Below are positions 31,645-42,522 of a DNA stretch of 64,000 bases, one piece after another. Source of the DNA: Deltaproteobacteria bacterium. Lineage in GTDB: Bacteria; Desulfobacterota; Binatia; HRBIN30; JACQVA1. The stretch covers positions 835 to 64,834 of the forward strand of contig JACQVA010000127.1 of the NCBI GenBank assembly GCA_016210005.1, read 5' to 3'. The translations under genes and the position numbers were made by a program. Under the pieces are notes generated by a model. The model did not search any database. It was given only the letters and a program-made list of their open reading frames with translations, and was not told the DNA's origin. Position 1 is the stretch's first letter. Each line of letters begins with the position of its first letter.

Positions 31645-32178
31645 ATGCCTGTGACGGTGACCTTTCGGCGGGTGCGGCCGACCGATGCGTTGCGCCGCTA
31701 CGCCGAGACCAAGAGCCAGCGCTTGCAGAAGTTCGTACACGCGCCGGTTGATGCCCATGTGATCCTGTCGGTCGACAAGCACCGCCACATCGCCGAATTG
31801 GTGGTCAACGCCGACCGCCTGAACCTGACCGCAACCGAGGAAACCGCCGATCTCTATTCCGCCATCGACTTGGCCCTCGATAAGATCGAACGCCAACTGG
31901 CCAGACGCACCACCAAGCGCAAAGACCGCAAGTTCAACAGCGGCGCCACCGTCGAACGCGCCGCCACGGTCGGACGCGCCACCCGCGACCGCCGCGCTCG
32001 CGTGATCGCCACCGAGCGGGTCGCGGTCAAGCCGATGTCGGTAGATGAAGGCGTGCTGCAAATGAACCTGCTCAAGAAGGACTTCCTGCTGTTCAAGAAC
32101 GAGGCCACCAATGCGCTCAGCGTCGTCTACCGTCGCCGCGACGGCAACTATGGACTGATTGAACCGGAGGTGCCCTGA
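31645..32178 (+). CDS. hpf: Ribosome hibernation promoting factor, long form (HPF/YfiA)
   Basis: The S30AE N-domain reads ILSVDKHRHIAELVV...YSAIDLALDKIERQL. A C-terminal dimerisation extension is present. The gene sits at the typical position after rpoN. Confidence 0.9.
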   Translation: MPVTVTFRRVRPTDALRRYAETKSQRLQKFVHAPVDAHVILSVDKHRHIAELVVNADRLNLTATEETADLYSAIDLALDKIERQLARRTTKRKDRKFNSGATVERAATVGRATRDRRARVIATERVAVKPMSVDEGVLQMNLLKKDFLLFKNEATNALSVVYRRRDGNYGLIEPEVP

Positions 32179-32187
32179 GGCGCGGCC

Positions 32188-32649
32188 ATGAAAATCAGCG
32201 ACATCTTGCCCGAGGCGCTGGTCTTTCCGTCCCTGCGCGCCCAAACCAAGGCCGAAGTGGTGCGGGAGTTGGCCGAGCAACTGGCCGCCCAGTACCCCGA
32301 AATCGATCCCAACCGCCTCATCGAGGTGCTCTGGGAGCGCGAACGCTTGGGCAGTACCGCCATCGGCGACGGCATCGCTATCCCCCACGGCAAACTGCCC
32401 GGCCTGCGCCAGGTGCTCGGGGCCTTCGGCCGCCACGTGCAGGGCGTCGATTTCCAGTCGCTGGATGGACGTCCAACGCAGCTGTTCTTTCTGCTGGTGG
32501 CCCCGGACGACTCCGTGGGCCAGCACCTCAAAGCCTTGGCGCGGGTCTCGCGCTTGCTCAAGGATCGCGCCTTTCGCGCCCGCCTGCTGGCCGCCCCGGA
32601 TCGCGCCGAACTGTGCCGCATCATCCGCGAGGAAGATGAACGACTCTAG
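32188..32649 (+). CDS. ptsN: PTS-Ntr EIIA component PtsN
   Basis: The EIIA-2 fold is shown by GIAIPHGKL with its phospho-His. Confidence 0.85.
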   Translation: MKISDILPEALVFPSLRAQTKAEVVRELAEQLAAQYPEIDPNRLIEVLWERERLGSTAIGDGIAIPHGKLPGLRQVLGAFGRHVQGVDFQSLDGRPTQLFFLLVAPDDSVGQHLKALARVSRLLKDRAFRARLLAAPDRAELCRIIREEDERL

Positions 32650-32709
32650 CGTCAGAACCGCCGCCGCCGGCGGGATGAACCTCCAGCGCTCTTCGGGCGG
32701 GAACCCGCC

Positions 32710-33576
32710 GTGAAACGGATCCTGCGTGTCGTCATCGTGACCGGGATGGCCGGCGCCGGCAAGAGCACGGCCATCCATGTGCTGGAGGACCTGGGCTTCT
32801 ATTGCATCGACAACCTGCCGGTGGTGCTGCTGCCGCGGTTCTTGGAGCTGTGTGAGACCGCCACGGAAGGCATCGGCCGGGTGGCGCTCGGCATCGACTT
32901 GCGCGAGCGCGAGTTCCTGCACGGCTACCCGGCGGTCCTCGACGACCTGCGCCGGCAAGGCCGGCGGGTGGAAGTGCTGTTTCTTGATGCCTCGGACGCG
33001 GTGCTGGTGCAGCGTTTCGGCGAGACCCGACGGCCGCATCCGCTCGCGGGCGATGCCGGCCCGCTGGCCGGCATCGCCCGCGAGCGCGAGCAAATCGCCG
33101 GCTTGCGCGAGCGCGCCGATCGCATCGTCGACACCAGCGCCTTGACCATTCATCAGCTGCGGGCCGAACTCACGCGTGGTTATGCCGCCGGACAGATCGA
33201 AGGCACGCTGCGCTTGCTCCTGACCTCGTTCGGCTTCAAGTTCGGGCTGCCCGCCGACGCCGAAATGGTCTTCGATACCCGCTTTGTGACCAACCCCTAC
33301 TTCGTCGACGAATTGCGTGACCGCGACGGTCTCGACGCGGCGGTGGCGCAGTTCGTGCTCGATCGGGACGAGACTCGCCAGTTGCTCGCCGGCATTACCG
33401 GCTTGCTCGAACTGGTCTTTCCGCTCTACCAGCGCGACGGCAAGTCCTCGCTGGCAGTGGCTGTGGGCTGCACCGGCGGCCGCCACCGCTCGGTGGTCAT
33501 CGTCGAACGGCTGGCGCAGCTCCTGGCCGCCAAGGGCCTGGCCACCCAGGTGCGCCACCGCGACCTCGGACGCTGA
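32710..33576 (+). CDS. rapZ: RNase adapter protein RapZ (YhbJ), P-loop NTPase
   Basis: IVTGMAGAGKSTA is the Walker A motif. CIDNLP and the conserved C-terminal CTGGRHRS are present. Confidence 0.9.
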   Translation: MKRILRVVIVTGMAGAGKSTAIHVLEDLGFYCIDNLPVVLLPRFLELCETATEGIGRVALGIDLREREFLHGYPAVLDDLRRQGRRVEVLFLDASDAVLVQRFGETRRPHPLAGDAGPLAGIAREREQIAGLRERADRIVDTSALTIHQLRAELTRGYAAGQIEGTLRLLLTSFGFKFGLPADAEMVFDTRFVTNPYFVDELRDRDGLDAAVAQFVLDRDETRQLLAGITGLLELVFPLYQRDGKSSLAVAVGCTGGRHRSVVIVERLAQLLAAKGLATQVRHRDLGR

Positions 33577-33581
33577 TCATC

Positions 33582-33860
33582 ATGGACCCCGTCCGCCGTG
33601 TCCTGCGCATCCAGAACCGCCTCGGCCTGCACATGCGCGCCGCCGCCAAGCTGGTACAGACGGCAAACAAGTACGATGCCGAGATCACCATCAGTAAGGA
33701 CGGCCAGGATGTCAGCGGCAAGAGTATCCTGGCGCTGATGATGCTGGCGGCCCCGCAGGGCAGCCTGATCGAGGTCGAAGCCGCCGGGCCGCAGGCGGCC
33801 GAGGCCGTCGACGCCATCGGTGACTTGCTCGACCGCCGGTTCGATGAAGACGACGAATGA
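33582..33860 (+). CDS. ptsO: HPr-family phosphocarrier NPr (PtsO)
   Basis: GLHMRAAAKLV carries the active His. A GKS serine region is present. The protein is 92 aa. Confidence 0.85.
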   Translation: MDPVRRVLRIQNRLGLHMRAAAKLVQTANKYDAEITISKDGQDVSGKSILALMMLAAPQGSLIEVEAAGPQAAEAVDAIGDLLDRRFDEDDE

Positions 33861-33975
33861 AGCGCCCTTGACCGCCGCCGGGGGGCCGTATTATTCAGCG
33901 CACTTCCGGACGCCGGCAGCATAGGCCCACGGGGGCACCAACCCCGGCCGAGTTCCCTTTATGAAAGGACCATCA

Positions 33976-35250
33976 ATGGCGACGCAGCGATTCGACGTGA
34001 AAGACGCGAAACTCGCCCCGCTCGGCCAGAAGCGCATGGAGTGGGCCGATCAGCAGATGCCCGTGCTGCGCTCGATCCGCACCCGCTTCGAGCGCGAGCA
34101 GCCGTTGCGCGGCCTGACACTCGGCGCTTGCCTGCACGTGACCACCGAGACCGCCAACCTGATGCGGACGCTGAAGGCGGCCGGCGCCAGGGTCTTCCTC
34201 TGTGCCTCCAACCCGCTCTCCACCCAAGACGACGTCGCGGCGGCCTTGGCCAAAGGCGACGGCATCCCGACCTTCGCCATCAAGGGCGAGGACCACAAGA
34301 CCTACTACGATCACCTGCGCGCCGTGCTCGAACAGAAGCCGGTGATCACCATCGACGACGGCGCCGACTTGGTGACTCTACTCCACACCGAGTACGCCAA
34401 GCAGGCCGGCGAGGTGCGCGCCAGCCTCGAAGAAACCACCACCGGGGTGATGCGCCTGCGCGCCATGGAGCGCGACGGCGCGTTGCGCATTCCCGTCATC
34501 TCCATCAACGATGCCGATACCAAGCACCTCTTCGACAACCGCTACGGCACCGGACAATCGACGCTCGACGGCTTGATCCGCGCCACCAATCTGCTGTTAG
34601 CCGGCCGCCTGGTGGTGGTGGCGGGCTACGGCTGGTGCGGCCGCGGCGTCGCCAGCCGCGCCCGCGGCCTCGGCGCTCAAGTGGTGGTAACCGAGGTCGA
34701 CCCGATCCGGGCGCTGGAAGCCGCCATGGACGGCTTCCGCGTCATGCCGATGCGCGATGCCGCCAAAATCGGCGAGGTCTTCATCACCGTCACCGGCGAC
34801 AAGCACGTCGTCCGCGAAGAGCATTTCGTGCAGATGCAGGACGGCGCCATCCTCTGCAACTCCGGCCACTTCGACATCGAGATTGACCTCAAGACGCTGC
34901 GCCGCCTCAGCAAGCGCCTGGATAAAGAAGTGCGCCCCATGGTTGACCGCTACGTGCTCAACAACGACCGCTCGCTTTACGTCATCGCCGAAGGCCGTCT
35001 GGTGAACCTGGCGGCCGCCGAAGGACATCCGGCGGCAGTGATGGATATGAGCTTCGCTACCCAGGCCCTGTGCGCCGAGTGGGCGGTGCGCTCGAGCCGC
35101 AACGGCGGCTTAGCGCTGCGCGTTCACGAGGTACCGAAAGACATCGAGGAGACCGTCGCCACACTCAAACTCGCCAGCATGGGCATCAAGCTCGATCGCC
35201 TCACCACCGACCAGCGCCACTACCTGACCTCGTGGTCCGAAGGCACGTGA
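33976..35250 (+). CDS. ahcY: Adenosylhomocysteinase (S-adenosyl-L-homocysteine hydrolase)
   Basis: CLHVTTETANLMRTL, NPLSTQDDVAAAL and the NAD-binding GYGWCGRGVA are present. Confidence 0.9.
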   Translation: MATQRFDVKDAKLAPLGQKRMEWADQQMPVLRSIRTRFEREQPLRGLTLGACLHVTTETANLMRTLKAAGARVFLCASNPLSTQDDVAAALAKGDGIPTFAIKGEDHKTYYDHLRAVLEQKPVITIDDGADLVTLLHTEYAKQAGEVRASLEETTTGVMRLRAMERDGALRIPVISINDADTKHLFDNRYGTGQSTLDGLIRATNLLLAGRLVVVAGYGWCGRGVASRARGLGAQVVVTEVDPIRALEAAMDGFRVMPMRDAAKIGEVFITVTGDKHVVREEHFVQMQDGAILCNSGHFDIEIDLKTLRRLSKRLDKEVRPMVDRYVLNNDRSLYVIAEGRLVNLAAAEGHPAAVMDMSFATQALCAEWAVRSSRNGGLALRVHEVPKDIEETVATLKLASMGIKLDRLTTDQRHYLTSWSEGT

Positions 35251-35265
35251 ACACCGCCATCAGGC

Positions 35266-37119
<1,854 letters not shown>

Positions 37120-37234
37120 CTGGTCACATCTACGGACGGCAGCGGCGCTTTACTTCCGTCTTTCTTGACGCTCTGACGCGGCATTGCCGCGACGCGCTCG
37201 TGCCTGCCGGCGCTCACCACGTGGGTGGTGTCCG

Positions 37235-37690
37235 TCACACCGGCGGCCGGCATGGTACCAGCACCCGCCGCCGTAGTGACAACACCGGCTCATTGCGCTG
37301 GTTCCAGGCGCGGGTCTCGACGTACAGCACGCCGCGATCGGCACGCCCGCGCGAGCGGGTCTTCTCCAAGATCTCGCTCTCCGCATAGATGGTGTCGCCG
37401 TGAAACGTCGGGCCGAGGTGCTTGATGTTCTCGTATTCGAGGTTGGCGATCGCGTTCTGGCTGATGTCTTTCACGCTCATGCCGACCGCGAGGGCGAACA
37501 CCAAAATCCCGTTGACCAAGCACTTGCCATGCTGGGACTGGCTGGCGTAGTGGTCGTCGAAGTGGATCGGGTTGGTGTTCATCGTCAGCAAGGTGAACCA
37601 GGTGTCATCGAAGTCACGGATGGTCCGCCCGGGCCAGTGCTTGATGACCTGACCGGCGCTGAGGTCGTCGAAGTAAGGGCCGTTGTGCAT
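37235..37690 (-). CDS. MaoC-like (R)-specific enoyl-CoA hydratase / hotdog-fold dehydratase
   Basis: NTNPIHFD and the hotdog signature. The start is taken at MHNGPYFDD. Confidence 0.75.
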   Translation of the reverse strand: MHNGPYFDDLSAGQVIKHWPGRTIRDFDDTWFTLLTMNTNPIHFDDHYASQSQHGKCLVNGILVFALAVGMSVKDISQNAIANLEYENIKHLGPTFHGDTIYAESEILEKTRSRGRADRGVLYVETRAWNQRNEPVLSLRRRVLVPCRPPV

Positions 37691-37778
37691 TGGGCCACCT
37701 CCGGCGCGGCTCATAACAACGGCGCAGCGCCGGCTCAAGCCGAAAGCGGCCAAGACCGCTCGCCGGATCCGCGTCCAC

Positions 37779-38186
37779 TTACTCGCCGACCTCGGAGTAA
37801 CCGACCACCTCCACCGTGGTTTCGAAATGTCCGTCGCTACGGTCTGGCAACGGCGGGTTGGGGCGGTACTTGAAGGCGACGCTGACGTCGGGGGGGATTT
37901 CTTCGTGCACGGTATAGTATGCCACTCGTCCGGGATTGTCGGGGCCTGGGTTGCGTTCGTTCTTCCAAATCCACTGGTGGCGGATTAGCAGCCGCACGTC
38001 GCGCAGCGGCTTGCGGGCATTGTTGACCACCAGCCCCGACACGGCCCCTGCCCGCACCCGCAGATCGCGCACGACCACCTGCTGGGCGACGCGCTCCTCG
38101 GTTATGACCTGTCCGCCGCGAGCCTCACCCGCACCGGCCACCACCACCAATCCCGCGACCACGCCTGCTATGACTCTCACCTGCAT
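37779..38186 (-). CDS. Secreted hypothetical protein
   Basis: The signal peptide is MQVRVIAGVVAGLVVVAGAGEA. There is no family assignment. Confidence 0.35.
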   Translation of the reverse strand: MQVRVIAGVVAGLVVVAGAGEARGGQVITEERVAQQVVVRDLRVRAGAVSGLVVNNARKPLRDVRLLIRHQWIWKNERNPGPDNPGRVAYYTVHEEIPPDVSVAFKYRPNPPLPDRSDGHFETTVEVVGYSEVGE

Positions 38187-38252
38187 TGCCCTGATCCCCC
38201 CTTCCCTGCTTGCTCCTAACTGCCCACCCTCAGCGAGTCCGCCCGCGTACAC

Positions 38253-40289
38253 CTAACCGCCGACGCTGGCGCGCAATCGCACCACCTCCGGCTCGCCCGG
38301 AGCGATCTCTTCGGCCCGCCACACGTGCCGGCGGGCTTCATCGAGTTGCTCGCGCTGGGTGTAGTAGAACGCCAAGCGTAAACGCACCGGCAACTCGCTC
38401 TGTGCCGGCACCCCCAACTCAAGCCAGCGCTCATAGAGCTGCGCCGCCGCCTCAGAAGCGCCGATGAGATCCAATACCTCGGCATAGCTCGACAACGCCG
38501 CCGCGCGGCCCGACGGCCATTGCCAAGAAGTGACTGGTGCTAACAGGTCGTCGATAGCGCTCTTCTGCTCCGCGGTTGCCCGTTGGAGGGCCGCCGCGAT
38601 CAGCTCCTCGTTGCCGGCAATGCGCACAAACACGATCGCGACCTCGTCGACGTAGACCAAGGACCAGTTCTCACTCGCCATCAGCCAGCTGATCAGGGTG
38701 TGGCGATTGCTCCAGCGGTGAAACAAGATGGCCGTCGAAATCGCGCGCCGGTCGGCTTCCGCCTGCCAGCGTTCGGGGTCGGCAAGAGCGGCCATGTAAG
38801 CGGAGAAGAACTCCGCGTCGTATACCTCCAAGCGCCCGTCGATGTAAACGCCGCCGTCGGACGGCGCCGCCCACGTCAGGTAGCCGCCGGCAGCCAGATC
38901 GTTATACAAGCGCGGCGGCAGCTTCATCTCTTTGACGAATTCCGCGGCCCGGATCGGGAAGTTCACCGCCAGCACGCCGGTGCCGAACTCACGCGGCTCC
39001 AGACTCAAGCGATAGAGCTGATTGCTGGCAATCCCGGCGCCGGCCAGCAGCAGCAGCGGCACCATGGCCGCCGTCAGGGCGTGCTCTACCGGCCGCAGCG
39101 ACTGGCGGACCCGCTGCGGCAGTGCCGCCGGCAACAGCGCCAGGCACTGGCCTACGAACGGCGCCGCCCCCAAGGTAAACAGCGCCGTGTTCCTCCGCGC
39201 CAACAGCGAGAGATAGGCGAGGCCGGCAAAGAACAGCAGGCCGGAGAGGTCCAAGCCCGCCCTGCGACCGGTGGGGGCCAATGCCGCTTGCCCGCCTTGA
39301 CGCCGGCGCGCCGCTCGCCCCGATGCACCAGTAACCGACCGCCCGGCCACTAGACTCAGCACCACTACCGACAGGACAACCAGCACGCTGAACATCAGGA
39401 ACAGCTGGTAGGCGCCCAATGCCACGGTGGGAAAATATCCCGAGAACGGCGGGCGGAACTCACCGATGCTTTGAAACACCGGATTGCTGCCGTTGATCCG
39501 CGACAGCAGCTTGAACGGGAACAGCACCCCGGTAGCGAAGTAGGGATTGACCAACGTTGCCAGCATGGCGGCGCCGCCGCTCAGCAGTACCCGTCGGTTG
39601 CCGACAGGCCCAAAGGACGAGGCCCGGCGCCAGTTCACCGGCAACATCGGCAAGTGCTCCGCCGTCGCTGCCACCATCTGACACCCGATGGCGAATATCC
39701 CGACGATAAACAACGAGTGAACGTTGACCCACAGCAGCATCACCACCGGTACCAGCCACAGCCGCCGGCCCCCATCCCGCCGCGCGCTGGCAAACAGGTA
39801 CAGCAGCGCTTGCAAAAACAAGAACGAGGCGATCTCCGGACGGATCTGCAACCGCTCTTCCGCCGTCAGCACAACCCACAGCGCCAGCACCGCCGCGGTC
39901 AGCGGGGTGAGCACCGAGCGCAGGGACTTCAGCACCAGAGCGATCGTCAGCCCGAAGATCACCGCCGTTGTGATTACCAGCGCGTCCGCGCCGCCGAGTT
40001 GATAGAGGGCGTACAAGAGGACGTCGTACAGCCACTGCAAGTTGATCCACGGATGCTCCGGCACCGTGTGTGACAAGGTGTCGGTATGGGGCACGCGCAG
40101 GTGCTGCACCATCCACCGGCCGGCGGCCAGGTGCCACCAGGTGTCGGTGTCTTCCATCCGCCGCAGCGCCAAGATGACCGCGAAGCCGGTGGTCAGCGCC
40201 GGCAACAAAGCGCCGGCCTTCTCGCTCACGAGGCTCAAAGATAGCCGCGGGCGCACGCGCGCTTGCGGTTCGACACTCGCAGCGTTCAT
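38253..40289 (-). CDS. Large polytopic membrane protein (GT-C-like or DUF2723-like) with a C-terminal TPR-like helical region
   Basis: There are more than 10 predicted TM helices. The segment WWHLAAGRWMVQHL...HPWINLQWLYDVLLYALY is present. The C-terminal region AAAQLYERWLELG...EEIAPGEP is TPR-like. The start is taken at MNAASVEP. Confidence 0.5.
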   Translation of the reverse strand: MNAASVEPQARVRPRLSLSLVSEKAGALLPALTTGFAVILALRRMEDTDTWWHLAAGRWMVQHLRVPHTDTLSHTVPEHPWINLQWLYDVLLYALYQLGGADALVITTAVIFGLTIALVLKSLRSVLTPLTAAVLALWVVLTAEERLQIRPEIASFLFLQALLYLFASARRDGGRRLWLVPVVMLLWVNVHSLFIVGIFAIGCQMVAATAEHLPMLPVNWRRASSFGPVGNRRVLLSGGAAMLATLVNPYFATGVLFPFKLLSRINGSNPVFQSIGEFRPPFSGYFPTVALGAYQLFLMFSVLVVLSVVVLSLVAGRSVTGASGRAARRRQGGQAALAPTGRRAGLDLSGLLFFAGLAYLSLLARRNTALFTLGAAPFVGQCLALLPAALPQRVRQSLRPVEHALTAAMVPLLLLAGAGIASNQLYRLSLEPREFGTGVLAVNFPIRAAEFVKEMKLPPRLYNDLAAGGYLTWAAPSDGGVYIDGRLEVYDAEFFSAYMAALADPERWQAEADRRAISTAILFHRWSNRHTLISWLMASENWSLVYVDEVAIVFVRIAGNEELIAAALQRATAEQKSAIDDLLAPVTSWQWPSGRAAALSSYAEVLDLIGASEAAAQLYERWLELGVPAQSELPVRLRLAFYYTQREQLDEARRHVWRAEEIAPGEPEVVRLRASVGG

Positions 40290-41080
40290 GCCGCCACCGC
40301 GCCAGCCGTCACCGCGACGGCGAGAAAGCGTTCGATCATCGCATTCACCTGTTCCGGCACTTCCAGCTGGTTGAAATGGCCGGCGCCCACCGTCTGGCCG
40401 GTGAGCACGTGCGGGCAGAGCGCTCGCAAGTGTGCCAGGTCGACGAAAGGCGGATGGGCCGACAGCGCCAGCCACGGCACCCGGCAACTAGTGGCGGCGC
40501 TGGTGTAATCATAACTGGCGATGTGCTCGAAGGCCGAGGCCATGACGTGTTGCGGGGCAGAAGACATCAGGTCAACGATTCGCGCCTTCCGCTGCGCGTC
40601 GTCGCTGGGTAAGAACAACATTGAGGAGACGAACTGCCGCTGTGCCTCGCGGTACTCGGGCGTGCGCAACATGGCGGCGATCGCCGCCATGCTCTCCCTG
40701 GCAGCCGCCAGCGGCGGAATCGGCGAATCGACGCTCACGATCGCGGCGGGCAGCTGCGGGTAGCGGCTGGACAACTCCAACGCGATCACGCCCCCCATGC
40801 TGTGGCCGATCACCACCGGCCGCTCCAGCCCCAGCTGATCGCAGAGCCAGACCAGGTCATCGGCAAATGCCGTCATGCTGTAATGCTGTTGCGGTTTGTC
40901 GCTGCGGCCGTGGCCGCGCAGATCAACTGCCACCACGCGGTGACGCCGGCGAAAATGCTCGAACTGGGGAGCGAAGAAACTGTGATCACAGGTCCACCCG
41001 TGCACCAGCAGCAGCGGCGGGCGACCGCCCCCGGCTTCCTCGAAAAACAACCGCACGCCGTCGTGATCGATTAGGGGCAT
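40286..41080 (-). CDS. Alpha/beta-hydrolase fold protein
   Basis: LLLVHGWTCDHSFF, GHSMGG and DLRGHGRSD. Confidence 0.75.
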   Translation of the reverse strand: MPLIDHDGVRLFFEEAGGGRPPLLLVHGWTCDHSFFAPQFEHFRRRHRVVAVDLRGHGRSDKPQQHYSMTAFADDLVWLCDQLGLERPVVIGHSMGGVIALELSSRYPQLPAAIVSVDSPIPPLAAARESMAAIAAMLRTPEYREAQRQFVSSMLFLPSDDAQRKARIVDLMSSAPQHVMASAFEHIASYDYTSAATSCRVPWLALSAHPPFVDLAHLRALCPHVLTGQTVGAGHFNQLEVPEQVNAMIERFLAVAVTAGAVAA

Positions 41081-41202
41081 GGCTTCCTCCGGGCGCCGAG
41101 CCTAAATCGGATGCCGGCAAACGTAAAGCCGCGCCAACACCCTGCTGCGGCCGCGGGACGCGCCGGTTGCGGCGCCGGCCCGGGCGCGGTACTCAAGCGG
41201 CC

Positions 41203-42489
41203 ATGAAGGTCGCAATCATTGGCGCGGGAGCTGCGGGCCTGGCCGCGGCGTACGATCTGGCCGGCGCGGGCCAGGCGGTGACGGTCTACGAAGCCGCCGC
41301 CCAGGTCGGCGGGCTGGCCTCCGGATTCAAGGAGCCGCATTGGGACTGGACCATCGAGCGTTTCTATCACCACTGGTTCCAGACCGACAAAGCGGTGCTG
41401 GAGCTGGCTAGCGAAATCGGCGCCGGCGACAAGGTCCGGTTTCCCCGGCCGATCACCGCGGTTTACGACCGCGGCCGCTTTCATGCCTTTGATTCGCCGC
41501 TGGCGGTGCTGACGTTTCCCGGCCTGTCGTGGCTCGATAAGCTTCGGTTCGCTCTCGCGGGGGCATATTTGCGTTTCAGCCCGTGGTGGCAGCCGCTCGA
41601 GCGGGTCACCGCGCACCAATGGCTCAGCCGCTGGATGGGCAGGCGCGCTTACGAAAAGCTGTGGCAACCGCTGCTGGTCGGCAAATTCGGCGACGAGCAC
41701 GCGCGCCAGGTGAATATGGCTTGGTTCTGGGCCCGCCTGCACGCCCGCACCACGCGGCTCGGCACCTTCGTCGGCGGCTTCCAAGCCTTCTTCGACGCGC
41801 TCGCTGAAGCCGCGCGCCAGCGCGGTGCGGTGATCCGGCTCGATACCGCCGTGCGCACAATCGCGCCCCGCGCCGGCGGCGGGCTCACCCTCCAGACCCC
41901 CGCCGGCGCGCTCGACTACGATGCCTGCTTGGTGACGACCTCGCCGGCCTTGCTCTCGCGCTTGGCGCCGGCACTCCCACCGCAGTACCTGGCGCAGCTC
42001 TCGGCGCTCAAGTCGATGGGCGCCGTGGTGCTGATCTTGTCACTCAGCCACCAGCTCAGCGAGCAGGGCGTATACTGGCACAACCTGCCCAAGGGCGAGG
42101 GCTTCCCCTTTCTCGCCTTGTGTGAGCACACCAACTTCGTCGAGTGCGAGCACTTCGGCGGCGATCACATCGTGTACTGCGGCGACTATCTCGACCCCAG
42201 TCACCGCTACTTCCAGTGCTCGCACGAGGAGATCGTGGCAGAGTTCCTGCCCGCGTTGTCGCGCTTCAACGCCAAGTTTGAGCGCTCTTGGGTCAAGAAG
42301 ACCTGGCTGTTCCGCGAGCCCTACGCGCAACCCGTGCCGCCGGTCAATCACTCGCGCAACATCCCCGATGTGCGCACGCCGATCCCCGGGCTGTACTTGG
42401 CCTCGATGTCGCAGGTCTATCCCTGGGACCGCGGCACCAACTTCGCCGTCGAACTCGGCCGGCGCACCGCCAAGCTGATGCGCGGGTGA
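41203..42489 (+). CDS. FAD/NAD(P)-binding oxidoreductase, amine-oxidase / phytoene-desaturase / protoporphyrinogen-oxidase fold
   Basis: MKVAIIGAGAAGLAAAYDLAGAGQAVTVYEA is the GxGxxG Rossmann motif. The C-terminal FAD-closing segment is GLYLASMSQVYPWDRGTNFAVELG. Confidence 0.7.
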   Translation: MKVAIIGAGAAGLAAAYDLAGAGQAVTVYEAAAQVGGLASGFKEPHWDWTIERFYHHWFQTDKAVLELASEIGAGDKVRFPRPITAVYDRGRFHAFDSPLAVLTFPGLSWLDKLRFALAGAYLRFSPWWQPLERVTAHQWLSRWMGRRAYEKLWQPLLVGKFGDEHARQVNMAWFWARLHARTTRLGTFVGGFQAFFDALAEAARQRGAVIRLDTAVRTIAPRAGGGLTLQTPAGALDYDACLVTTSPALLSRLAPALPPQYLAQLSALKSMGAVVLILSLSHQLSEQGVYWHNLPKGEGFPFLALCEHTNFVECEHFGGDHIVYCGDYLDPSHRYFQCSHEEIVAEFLPALSRFNAKFERSWVKKTWLFREPYAQPVPPVNHSRNIPDVRTPIPGLYLASMSQVYPWDRGTNFAVELGRRTAKLMRG

Positions 42490-42522
42490 GCTGCGGCTCG
42501 CTGGTCCGGCGGCGCCGCCGGG

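Noticed and set aside
30219-33558. 475-aa and 688-aa minus-strand ORFs
   Set aside because: They are antisense to the rpoN-hpf-ptsN-rapZ operon, whose products match well-known families residue by residue.
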